64,000 nucleotides of DNA from Phoronis australis (taxonomy: Eukaryota; Animalia; Phoronida). Each line of letters begins with the position of its first letter. The first letter of the stretch is position 1. The position numbers and the translations under genes are program-made. The notes beneath the pieces were generated by a model, which ran no database searches, was not told where the DNA came from, and saw only the letters and a list, made by a program, of their open reading frames with translations. The stretch lies in contig NMRA01000008.1 in the NCBI GenBank assembly GCA_002633005.1, positions 1,769,174-1,833,173 of the forward strand. The letters are read 5' to 3'. Positions 52,645-64,000 of the stretch are shown piece after piece.

Positions 52645-53327
52645 CTAAACCTCTGCTCTTGTCCCATTAGCTGCCTTCTGGTTGTTAGAATTTAATGATG
52701 TCATGTCCAGTTGATGAGCTGTAGATGATTTCCTACGAAGCGAAACTTGTGTAGTTATCGTTGATTGGCGTCGAACAGCAACGTGCAATCCGAGCGCTTT
52801 TTTAAATGCGTCGCGGAATTTAGAGGATATGACATTGTAAATGATGGGGTTAATGGCCGAGTTGACGTACAACATAACTTTTCCAAAATATTCCAGACTC
52901 AAGTGACCCTGGAATCCAACCTGTTCTATATCTTCTAGTGGTGCGTAGTTATTCCATAAAGCAAAAACTTTCTGTGGTAGCAGGCAAACGAAAAACAACA
53001 AGATGACACTCATTAGCATAATCACCACTTGATGGCGCTGCCTGATGTTTGCCGATGTTGCAGAATCGCTACTTTCGTTCTTGCGGAACACGTGTGGATC
53101 CGACAAAAGCTGCCGGCTGATCAGTACATAAAGAACAACCAGTATTACCAATGGGACCGCAAAGAATAGAACTAAAATCAGTATCACGTAGACTTCTTTC
53201 CAGTTCCACTTGTCGCCGAGGTCACTAATACAGATTTTGACGTAAGTGCCATCGTAGTATTCCACGCCAAGTTCTTGTGAAATGAATAGAAAAGGGAAGC
53301 AGCTGGCCAGCGCAAGGCACCATACGA
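52645..53327 (-). CDS. ETHR: Class A neuropeptide GPCR, ecdysis-triggering-hormone-receptor-like: terminal exon (TM4-TM7, C-tail)
   Basis: Acceptor gtttatatttcag| then VWCLALASCFPF, EYYDGTYVKIC (ECL2), LFFAVPLVILVVLY, RHQVVIMLMSVILLFFVCLLP, MLYVNSAINPIIYNVISSKFRDAF. The motif pattern matches ETHR as I recall it. Phase 1 fits the exon at 59842-59693. Confidence 0.85.
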
Positions 53328-53589
53328 CTGAAATATAAACCAATCATGATAAAGCAGGTTGCTACGGAAGCGCAATAGTGCTATTTTGAAGTGAATAAAA
53401 ATATTTTATTATCTGGCGGCCGGGTTCCGTCAAAGAAGCGAATTTTTGATTTAGGCTACTTATTGGTTTCGACTTGTTCTTTATTAAGGTGAAAAGTAAT
53501 TTGTGGATTTTCGAAGAGCTGACAGTTCTTTCATCCTCGTGACCACGTTGGGTGCATAAAGTGGCAGGCTGTAACAAGCCAGCTCGCAG

Positions 53590-54720
53590 AACCAGGGGCC
53601 TGTTACGTGAAAGATTTAGCAGAACCACCTTGGAACCGCAAAACCGTGTGGAAATTTGTTGTATACTTATCCGAGGTCAAAGGTTACGGAGCTGTCTCTC
53701 AAATCGAATCTCCCGCCAGGCACAGAGCAGTTCCGCATGTACTCTCAATTTTTTTTTACCGAGTCGCCATAATATTTCGTCAACGACGTAAACATATGAT
53801 ACAAAGATGCCGGGGAAAACGAAGGGAAAACGTAGCTTTAATCCTGAGAGAGTTGTGTATCTGCATGGAAATAGCTATTGAGAACGAATGCTACGAGTCG
53901 TCTCACGCCTCTGTGGCTTAGTGTTCACGAACACAGCAAGATGTGAATAGAGATAAATCATCACCCAAATTCCTTAATTCGGGTAATTTGACATTTCGCT
54001 GTTTCGGTATCATGCTCAGGACGTGCTTTAACCGCCGACCAGATTTCTGTATCCATTTCGTACTTGAGTTTCATATCTGTTTCCCAACGTGTTGTGTGTC
54101 TAACAATGAACTATTGACCTACTTTAAAGTGGACCACAATGCACCAGATTGACCCACTTAATATGTTGGCTCCGCCTGTGACCTAGTTGCATTCGATGCA
54201 TTGGATACTGAATTGGCTTAAATTAAACTTTTTGTTATAATTAAGTTAATTACACACTGAAAATTCAGATGACATTACGTGCGCATGCTGAAATAATACA
54301 CGTGGCTAAGGTGTATACCGGTGGGTTATATTGACCGAAAACAAGTTTTCACCGAATAATTAACCGAAGACCTTGAGACTTTCACCTCTCTCAGTTTTAA
54401 AATTGACTTTTTTTGGGCTTCGGCAAATCGTCTTAATTTGAACTAAGAAACACGACTTCTCGAAAACGTTACGGTGGATTTCGCTGAAACTTTCCAAACT
54501 TAATACTTATTCATCAATCTCAAAAACGTAGTATTTTTGATATCAAGGCCTAATTTTTGCGTAATGTAACAAAGACGAATACGACTGCTATTTTTTACAA
54601 AAATACCTTACGTTTTGCTAGTTGATTTGTCATAGAAACCAAATGAAAAGACTAATCGAAAATTTCTAACAGCGTTTTTGCGGTAACTGATGAAGTTTTC
54701 ATATAAAAAGGTTTCATTAA
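53590..54720. mobile_element. Non-autonomous relative of the 33.5-35.8 kb DNA transposon, inside the GPCR intron
   Basis: Collinear similarity to 33700-33810 and 35090-35770, with the middle deleted. Confidence 0.6.
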
Positions 54721-54749
54721 GATCGATCGAGTGGTTATTTTGCAATGAA

Positions 54750-56600
54750 TGTACCTTTCTTAAAAATGAGTTTTTATACATTTATTGGCAACGAGAAAAA
54801 CATTACAATACCACAAAAAGACAAAGAACACCACAGACACGCACACACACACACGAATACCCCACAACTAATCCTCTTGACTGCTAAGAAAAACCGTTTC
54901 AAAGTTACATCATCTTTTTTGTATAAATTCTAAATTCAAATCTTTACGAGCATTATACTTTTCACTCATATAATATTCTGTGATGAAGTTAAAAAATCTA
55001 CTTAGAAGTAATCTTTTTGATCCGAACTTTTGGGTATAAATAAACTGTTAACCCAATAATAAAACAATGTTTTTAAAATTTTCTTTTTATCAGCAAAGCC
55101 AAAAATAACGTCGTTGCAGGAGAGGGTGCCGACACATTGGGGATTTGCTTTATTTAGAATTTCGTTATTAACTTTTGTCCAAAATGAATTTACTGTTTCA
55201 CAGTCCCAGAATAAGTGTTTCAAAGTCTCTTTCGATTGCCCACACTTGAATTATTTTTAAAAAATGAGTTAGTAGTCAAAATTCTCGTCAAGAGTCTGAA
55301 CTGAAGCCACCTAATTCTTGGGTCTCTTGGTGTGTTATATAGAAGGGAAGAAACTTCTTCCCATGAAAAATTAGTTGTGTTTACGTTCAGTTCGTTAGCC
55401 CATTTTGACTCTGCTTTTGAGACTTTGGAACTATAATTTAATTGTGTACAGATATGTTGCCACCCTCTCCCACCGCTTTTCAGTTTCATTAAAATCGTTG
55501 GAATAACAAGACAGTACGCACCAAAACTAACAACTCTATCAATACCACATTTTTGTTGGTACTTAAACATCACTAAAATTTTTCTAGAATATGTTTCGAA
55601 GGTTGTGGCAAGGATATCAGAAGATGTACAATTTTTGAAGCCGCTGGCGCCTTGATTACTGTAATCCTTCCGAAAGGCGTCAAAATTCTTTTGGACCAAT
55701 TTTTCAAAATTAATTCAATATCTTTTAATTTCGCCAAGTAATTCTGATCTGCCATATCATGTAAGCTGACTTGGAAATTAATCCCCAAGAACATGAAATT
55801 TGTTTTTGGTCCATAATAACTGTTCCCTGACAAAAATTTTTTCAGCACTGTTCTCCATGCTGCCAAACCAAATGGCTTTGTTTTTTCTACATTGACCCTG
55901 AGGCCGGAAAAATGAGCAAACAGATTTAAAACGTTTAAAGTACACCGTCAAGACGACTCTGAGCCATCTAAAATAATAGAGGTGTTATCAGCATATTGAG
56001 TTAGTAAGTATTCACGATCCATAATTTTGATCCCATTTGTATTTTTGTTGTGTCTGATCATGAGAGCCAAAATTTCCGCACAAATAATAAATAGATAAGA
56101 AGATAATGGGTCACCTTGTCTGACTCCTCAGTCTCTGTATATTAAACCAACGAGAATTTTGGCCATTAACAATAACACATGATTTGATATTTGATATTTT
56201 TGTAGAAAACTTTGACCCATCTCTTAATTGACCACTCAAAATTAAAAAAGATAGAGCTTTTTCAATAAAACTCCAAGACAAAGAGTAAAAGTCTTTTCAA
56301 AATCTATAAGAAGTAGTAGCCCAGGTATTTGGATCTTCTGGGTGTAACAGAACAGATCGTATAGCACACGAATGTTATCAGCCAAGTTCCTTCCCGGGAT
56401 GTAGCCACTCTGATCCTCATGAATAATTTTCCCTAGCACAGACTTAATGCGTTCCGCAATTGCTGCAGACGTGATTTTGTAGGTTACATTGAGAAGAGAA
56501 ATAGGACGCCAGTTTTTTAGAAAATGTTTACTTTTGTCTGCACTTTTGGGAATACAGGTAATAATACCCTCTTTCTGAGTGGATGGTAGTTGACCCACAG
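54750..56600 (-). mobile_element. Degenerate L1/Tx1-clade LINE ORF2 in the GPCR intron
   Basis: LKNWRPISLLNVTYKI, IHEDQSGY, LLLIDFEK, GVRQGDPLSPYLF-like, SQYADN, WSKRILTPFGRITVIK, KHLFWDC. Several frameshifts. Confidence 0.9.
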
Positions 56601-57619
56601 CAAAGACATGAAATTTTTACTTAAAGAGTGTTAACGTAATGATAATGATAGTACATAAATATAAAGCATATCTTTATATCCAATGATCTTTTTCGTTTCG
56701 GAAAATATATATTTTACTAGTTGACAAAGCTTAGTTTTTATATACGAGTTGGAGGCCACTAAATAAGGTTCGAGATAAATTTGTTTTTACCCTCCCACTT
56801 TCCAATTACCAAGTCCGGTTTAAAGAAACAATGATGTAACTCTTTCTATCTTTTTTCTTGATTGTGAGTTCCTCTTTGACAAATGACACTTTTAATAATA
56901 TTGCTAAAAATTAACCCTTTGTTCAATGAAAATGAATAGAGGCCTAGTCCTTAAATTAGGGGGATTGCGTGAAAAGATCACTATTACTTTCAGTAATATT
57001 GAGAATTCAAGAAGAGCCCACTCTCGATTTGTACCAAAGATAAAAAAGACTAAAACAGGATAAGAAATGACAACCAGTGTTTTCCCAAGTCCATAAATAC
57101 GCAGTAGATTTAGGGAACTTAAAAGTGTCCCTATCTGGGACCAGTGGTGGATCTAGGATACCATAAGGGGGCCCAACACGTTGCCTCGTGGAATCGGGCA
57201 AAGCACAAATGTATTCGCACAGATGGCCTGAAAGTTCCAGGCCTGGGGATGTGGACCTTCCGTTAGGGAAACCCTATCGTTAGACTAAAAAAATAAAAAA
57301 ACGTTTTCGCCGCGACCTCGGTCTGACNNNNNNNNNNNNNNNNNNNNNNNNNNNNNNNNNNNNNNNNNNNNNNNNNNNNNNNNNNNNNNNNNNNNNNNNN
57401 CCCCCCCCCCCCTAAATCCACCTATGGGGACTGTTTCATGCAATCGGTCACTCGTCTCTCTAGTAATAACGAACTACCAGCTCTTTCGACCCAAGGAGAA
57501 GCGGTCTAAATCAAAAATTTTTTTGCGATGGAGGGCGAGTTTATAGTCGTTCTAATGAATGAAACATGTCAATCACTTGTTACATCAGAGCTTTCGAAGA
57601 GCTTCATTTAAGTTAAAAC

Positions 57620-57930
57620 ATCATAAAACGAATTTTAACGCAAGTTACTTCAGTCCAAATAATGCTCATTCAACACAACTTCAAATATTTTCAAGCTTAA
57701 TAACTGAATTTGATATAAATTTTAGTTTAATTTTTATTTTGGTGGTGTACCGCCACCTAAAATGGCCGCCTTATTGAGTCACAGCTGACTCGTGCATTAT
57801 GGGTACTCACTCAACTGCCGCCGAATGTAATGAGGTTCCGCTGAAACCCCGCTCACTTTTTAAAAGTACTTTAAAAATCAATAGTGAAATATGACAAACA
57901 CAAGCAGGGTTAAAAGTAACCAAACGTTTG
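57620..57930 (+). repeat. Dispersed repeat also present at ~12765-13010
   Basis: Shared aataatg(c/t)tcattcaaca..attttcaag..ccacctaaaatggcc..aatg.ggttccgc.gaaac.ccgc. Confidence 0.65.
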
Positions 57931-59692
57931 TACTTTGGTGATATCTTTGACCTGATTAAAGTCATCGTGTGTTCTCAATTCAAGCGGTGAATGTGGATGA
58001 ATGAGTATCTTTAAAGAAACAGTAGACAAAGAGTTACCTCCATTTTCGGTGTTTAAACATGAAGCTTTTTATACGGCGCTTTATTTTTCCTAATTTCTCA
58101 GGATTACACTGTAGACAGAGTGGAATTCGTTATTTGCTACTACGACTCGATTTATTTCTTGGTTTTACTTGACTTAATGACTACCGTATATGGCTTCAAA
58201 TCACCCACAGGTCAGTGTCCTGTTTGTGACTTATTTCGCCATTTGCACCCAGACACTTCATTCTCGGGTCTATCTGAAAATACAATGCCGTCGTGCCCTG
58301 TTTTTACATAATAAAGTGCTCCTTATTCCATTCTTGCCTTCCAACTTAGTTTTATCAAAACACCAGTCTTAACCTTGAAACAACTTTCTTTTGTGCAATC
58401 TTATAGTTTCTGTTATCTTTCGCACCCATGTTCCTTACCCAGAATTCCTTGTGTTAGCTCTCAAAGACTGAATTATGTGCGCGGGAAAGAAAAAAAATGT
58501 CATGAGAAATAAAAGATCAGGACGTGGTTTGTGGGTACAAAATCCATTAGCTGTGACCCAGGAAAAACAAACTGCATCTTTTGTCAAATCGCTATGTGCA
58601 GTCGTCTCATAACGCACTTCAAGTCTAAGAAGAGCCCCTGGCAATGACGTCAGTACACAATTCCCTGTGCATGTGTTTAAAATCTCGAGAGTTTTTATAA
58701 TTACCATGCATTATTAAGAATAAAAGTGTCTGCAGCTAATCCGTGCTAAATCAACTTGCCCTCTTTAATTAATCGAAAACACATCACGTGGGAATTGAAC
58801 TAAGTATCGCGCTTTGTTTTTCATTTCTATTCCGGAGTCAAAGAAGCTGCTACTCGAAGACAAATGCGACGCAAAAAAAACAATGCGCAATTTCTGGTAG
58901 AAGCCACATATTTGGATTTTAGTTTTTTATTTTATTATTCAATTGCCGTCTGTTGTGAGAATAACTACAACTTTAAAGCGTCAGCACGCCGCCACTAAAA
59001 AGATTTTTCAATTTGTAGCCAAGCACTATATGGTGATGTAGGCATGTGATGGTGCCGCCAGGTAGGTGCTTGCTCGACCTTAGCCTACGAAAATCCGGGC
59101 AAGCCACTCGCTTAAATAATCGAGAACAAATCGGGCTACTATACTTAGTGACATGCCTATGTCGCACTAGATAGGTTACGGTAACCTGTTAGAATTTATT
59201 GGTGCCCGACCAGAAATTCAAAAAGTAAATTTAAAATTATGTGTTCATTTTATTTTGTGAATATCTGATATCAGAGAGCATTAATTAAGAATGCGACTAA
59301 CTGTTTTGTGTTGAATTCGTTTAACGAATTTACCTATAATGGAGGGGGAAGACGTTCCTATCGACAGCTTTGTACGGCGTTCACTTTTCGATTTATGAGA
59401 AGGCGAATAGGAAGTCTGATCAACAGACAGATTATCGAGCTTTTAAAGTTGGGAGATCCGCCGCCTAAGGGCGCACGATAAAAAGGCAGATCAGACGCTC
59501 AAGAGCGTGGCTTACTCGAGGTGTGAATTTTTCAATGGCGCGGATCATCGGACAGCAGCTATCGATCTGCATACTTTCTGACCGGACAGTATGTGAACGC
59601 TGCATCAGTTTTGTGTCTACGTTGCGACAACACAAAGGAGACCTGTACCTCTGGCGGTGTGAATGTGGCTTTATAAAGCATCCATTACTCAC

Positions 59693-59842
59693 ATGTTATG
59701 ATCTTGACTGTTCTGCTCACGGTACATGTGTACTGAGCTTGCAGTGGCCGACAGATGGCGTAGTAGCGGTCAAATGAAATAGCAATGATAACCAAAACTG
59801 AAGCATGTGCAACCGTGTTTTCGAGAAGGGCGACGATTTTAC
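59693..59842 (-). CDS. ETHR: ETHR-like GPCR internal exon (TM3, DRY, ICL2, start of TM4); not in the ORF track
   Basis: cctctatttcag|(C)KIVALLENTVAHASVLVIIAISFDRYYAICRPLQAQYTCTVSRTVKIIT|gtgagt; 150 nt, phase 1/1. It joins 53327 to give ...KIITFVWCLA. Confidence 0.92.
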
Positions 59843-62260
59843 CTGAAATAGAGGAAACCAATCACTATTATAGCGCGTGTTTGAGTAAGATAAGTTGGAG
59901 CCTGTGCTGAGCTTTGGTTTGGCATTTTTATAAATGTGCTCGGGCTTTGGGAATCATATTTATTCGTCCCCAGTTTCTCTGCTCTTACGCAACCCCAAGT
60001 GGGGATCACAAGACGCATCTTGCGTCGAGTTGGATCCCGGCACAGACGTTTCACCAATTTTGGACGGATGCCTCAAAACCAAATCAAAGTCTCACTTCGA
60101 CATGTGCGAATTAGCACGCATTACATCATAACGTATTCATGCTACTAAATTTAATTTTTACCCACACCAACTCCTAAATTTGTGTCCCATTAAAACTGTA
60201 ACCAAACTTCATAACTTAGTTATCAGTTTGTCATGTTTTGGACTTCTTTTCAAGGAATTCCAAATGATTCAGTGGCAAAACACAATTATTAATTCCGTTG
60301 CCTTTTCACGTCTTTGAGAACTGTATTTTTCCATTAATTGTTACCAGAGTAGTATAAAACGACACTTAACCGGCGTAATTCGCTTTGATTCACTTCAGTG
60401 GCAGTTGCCCCGACAGCGTATGTCAGGCCATTTACGCGGAAAGATTTGATCACAATAACGCAATTATCGCGTAGTCCTGGAACTGCCACAGCAGACGAAT
60501 GAGCGTGGACGTGACTAGTATAATTATGGACTGGTATAAAATAATAAGGTGAGATAATGGTTAACAACTCAATGTTGATTAGACAAACTGCTGATAGATA
60601 ATTTAATTGAACTGAGGCGAGCGCACATGTGTTCGCCTGATTGTTCAATTAATCCATCGACCGTATGTAAAATCGTCGAACAAGTGGACATATGCTGGAA
60701 CTTGTCTTCATCTATTACACAATTGGCCACCTGACAGTATTAGTATTTTTACCACTTCCCTTAACCAATCAATGAAAAAGAAGCAAAGCAACAGAAGTAA
60801 TAAAGTACAAGCTTGTAATGATGTTCGTGTGTAACCTGAACGCTGATAAGACAAGGTCAGCGCAGAGTATCCAAAAAGAAACCAAAATTAATTTGATGAT
60901 AATTTTCGCTACTTCTCTACGCGATCAGAAGAAATTTTATTTCTGAATTTCGCAAATGACCACGAGAAAATTCACATGCGCTGATGAAATGGTTCCTAAG
61001 AAAGTACTTTTACAAATAATTACGATGAAAGTTGATTTGTCTAAATCTATGAACCCCATACATGTAGATGCCAGAGTTGAGTCGCAAGTTCAGGAATTAT
61101 AATTTTCTGACTTAGCAAAAATAGTGCGAACAAAAGACGAAAATTTAATTTCCATGACTTGACGGGAGAGAATTTCGTGTATAAGCTGTACAAAATGTTG
61201 CGAGCATGATGTGAGGAAAAGGATGCTACCGTCAAAAGTATGAGACAAGAACGCCATCTGTTGTCAATCCTAACTTAGATCGGCTGCACAATCTCGATAA
61301 CATTCGAAAAAAATTCAACACAATTCATACAGGCATTAATTATGTTTCATTTTGCTTGATCAAGGAGACACCTACAACGCTTATTTGACACGAAAAAGAC
61401 GGCTGTGTACTAATCTAGGATTACGGGGATTGAGTGTCTGTCTCCTTTTCCCAAGGTTCAAGCCCCATTGCCATACACTTTTGTCAGGTCTCTAGTACAT
61501 CAGTTCCGTACTAATTTGTTGATATGTCTATGTGTGTTGTATGTGTTAATTTATAAAATGAATTCAGGTCTTTGCTGCAATGGGCCCACTTGATTGGCCT
61601 GCGCACGTCTGATGCAACGTGCGCCAGACCTCCTGCACTATATCTTACATCCAAAATCAAATGACAACAATCAGGGCAATCGCAATCATAGTGATCACCT
61701 TTTCCATCCATACACTTTCCTGATGGACCCTGTTTCCCGGGGATGCCATATTCTATCTTTGATGAGTTTTTCCTTAGAAAATAAGGGAATCCATTCTTTT
61801 ATACTTGGCAAAATGAAACGTCACCCTTTTGGAGAGTAAGCACGTTTAACCAAAAGAACTCATTTGCTGGGAGTTTCTATGACAAAGTGACCTTTTCAAA
61901 CAGCTGTTTTGCATAATATTATAATTACGTATTTTCCTAATTCTGCAGAATGCTTATTTGTTTACTTGAAATTGATCAGAATTTATTTTAAAACAACAAA
62001 CCTCAATAAAAATATGCACAATTCTGTTTCAAAAAGGGGCCATTTTGTAGAGTTCGAACTTCAAAAGGGACCCTTTCGTAGGGAATTCAATCGGAAAATG
62101 CACCCTGTTATTGCAACTCTGGCCGGTCCATGAACCAATCACCCATCTTAGTGTCACGTCCCGAATATGTGACCTAAAAACGTTTCCCTGGGAATGATAC
62201 ATTCCTCCGCCCTGTGATCTTTCAGTCGGTTGCACTGCCACCTGCAGTCAAAGTAACCTT

Positions 62261-63240
62261 TTAAAGGAGAGGCAACCTTTCTTCATGTCATTTTAGGTAC
62301 AAGTCCAGATTATCCCAGACATATCTTTCAGATAATAACAACTTACAGTAATTTTATCAATTAGTAGTCCCTTACTCCGGAAGTGAATTTCCCGTTTCTC
62401 GTTTTCTGACTTTGTGAGCTGTCGAGTCAGTCATTGTTTTATCTTGGTTGTCGTTTGCGTTTGTTTACGAGACAGTCTACATGCCACACGGTTGTTGTGT
62501 ACCGGGGTGTACTGATTATCGTCTCACGCGCACTTTGAATACGTCATTACACCGCTGTCCAAAAGATGACACGCCCCGCCGTACTTGGCTCTTCATGTGA
62601 AAAACGCAGCCTCGCCCTCCACACAACGTAATCAGTGGAGAATAACCGCCTGTCTGGCAAGCATTTTCTGCCGTTGGATAACGAAAGAAATATGTGCACG
62701 GAAATGACAAATTTCTTGCAAAGCAACGCTTGAAGAAAGTGCCAAACGGTCGCTGTTGATTTCCGTCAGTTCCCCGTCGTCACCCCCGAGAAGTGCATTT
62801 TTGAAACGAGTACCCTCGCGAGCTGTAACCTCTTCAATGACTGCAAGCCCTTCATCTACTGTCACCCGTGCCTCCGAACGTACCCTCAGCACGTGCAATT
62901 CCTGGAACTAGTAGTGATTCGTCCTGTACTGGTGTTGTCTCCAGCCCAGAGCCTTTAAGCAGTCCTGCAGCGATGTTGTGTAGTGGAAGGGCCAAATTCG
63001 ACACCCAGAGAGAAGGACAGTTCGTCGTCCAGTGATCAGGCGGGTGAGCCAAACTTTGATATGTTTATTGTGGACTTGAATGAAGTATTGGAGCTATTTA
63101 GGAGGTGCCTTGTAGCGAGGGAGTCACACGGCGAGATGTAAGCGATTTGGGTGCTCAGGTCACCATCTATTGGGAAAAGCATAGGCATTCCATTGAGATA
63201 GAACATACAGTGTTCGTGTCGACGGCGTACTTTCAACTTT
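62261..63240 (+). mobile_element. Degenerate THAP-domain DNA transposon, Kolobok-like left arm
   Basis: TTAA|AGGAGAGG terminus at 62261. ATG 62481 gives MPHGCCVPGCTDY..SLHRCPKDDTPRRTWL* and a frameshifted RLSGKHF (THAP pattern). Later MFIVDLNEVLELFRRCL..GAQVTIYWE resembles the Kolobok transposase N-terminal region. Confidence 0.6.
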
Positions 63241-63249
63241 ATCCCCTTT

Positions 63250-63735
63250 ATTTGTAAACGCAGGTGTACTGCAGGGTAGCGTATTGGGCCCTCTTCTCTT
63301 CTTGGTTTATATTAATGACCTTCCTGATAACCTGTCATGTAGCACATACCTTTATGCAGATGACACGGCGCTTTTTTACCCCTCCGCAGGGAGCAATCCT
63401 AAAAGTTCTTTGCAGCTTCAACATGACTTAAATAAACTCAGCTATTGGTCACAAGAATGGAGAACGAATTTCAAACCAGAAAAAAAGCGTTGACCTCGCC
63501 TTCTCTAAATCTATTAATGCTCTCTTACTTATTGACCCGTCCTATGATCTTAAACTTAATTATGAAATCATTCCAAGAAAACAGTCGCACTGACATCTCG
63601 GTATACTGTTAGATGAAAAACTCATTCACACCTCACGGTCGGGAGCTCGTACAAAAATCTCAGGAACTAATTAACCCACTTCAGCTTGTCTCTCATCATA
63701 TGAATTCTACACATTTAGAAGTTTTGTTCAAATCT
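63250..63735 (+). mobile_element. CR1/L2-group LINE RT fragment, same family as 5790-6385
   Basis: [49 protein letters not shown], then frameshifts. Confidence 0.85.
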
Positions 63736-63744
63736 ACCACTGGA

Positions 63745-64000
63745 CTTACGTATGTAGAGATGGCTACGTTGCGTCCTCCTCTCGAGGACTTCATCAGGCC
63801 ACTGAGTTGTCACGTGACTTGTCATGTGATCCGTCGTGTAGTTTCCGCGGGATTCTCTTCAGCGCCCTATCCCATGTCCTAGGTAAGTGAAACCGCAGCC
63901 CCCCCTGTCTATTGAGGCTAGGATTCTCGATTCTCTCGTAGATAGCTTCTTTGACCCCTCTCCGAAACCAATTCTCTTCTCTATCCAGGATCTTCACATC
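63745..64000 (-). mobile_element. Penelope-like element 3' end (GIY-YIG endonuclease C-terminus)
   Basis: KILDREENWFRRGVKEAIYERIENPSLNRQGG matches the Penelope EN signature (ILD.E..W..R..KEAI.I....P.LNR..G). Confidence 0.8.

Noticed and set aside
53328-53343. ORF-track start of the GPCR (MVYIS...) as a single-exon gene
   Set aside because: The start is a TTG right after a stop and lies in the intron's acceptor region. The real exon begins at 53327 and splices to 59693.

Overview
AT-rich, intron-containing eukaryotic DNA, most likely from a marine invertebrate bilaterian (inferred from gene and transposon content), with two assembly gaps. By reading splice sites by hand I reconstructed four spliced genes, which the ORF track shows only in fragments. 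(1) A minus-strand 429-aa surface protein: signal peptide, Thr/Ala mucin stalk, SEA domain, Ly6/uPAR three-finger domain, GPI signal (10 coding exons, 16384-10018). (2) A plus-strand ~554-aa coiled-coil protein with an internal two-exon duplication (27910-31502). (3) A plus-strand 93-aa neuropeptide precursor with GnRH/AKH/corazonin-type architecture that carries two tandem F-S-x(n)-H-[ST]-G-W-amide peptides (49588-50696). (4) An ETH-receptor-like rhodopsin GPCR on the minus strand (exons 59842-59693 and 53327-52645; TM1-2 exon not found in the window). Genes 3 and 4 are convergent, with stop codons about 1.95 kb apart. This peptide/receptor juxtaposition is the most interesting signal. The rest is mostly degenerate LINEs (CR1/L2, L1/Tx1, RTEX-like, Penelope), THAP/Kolobok-like DNA transposon relics, MITEs and tRNA-derived SINE-like pieces. 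Family assignments come from recalled motifs, not from database searches.
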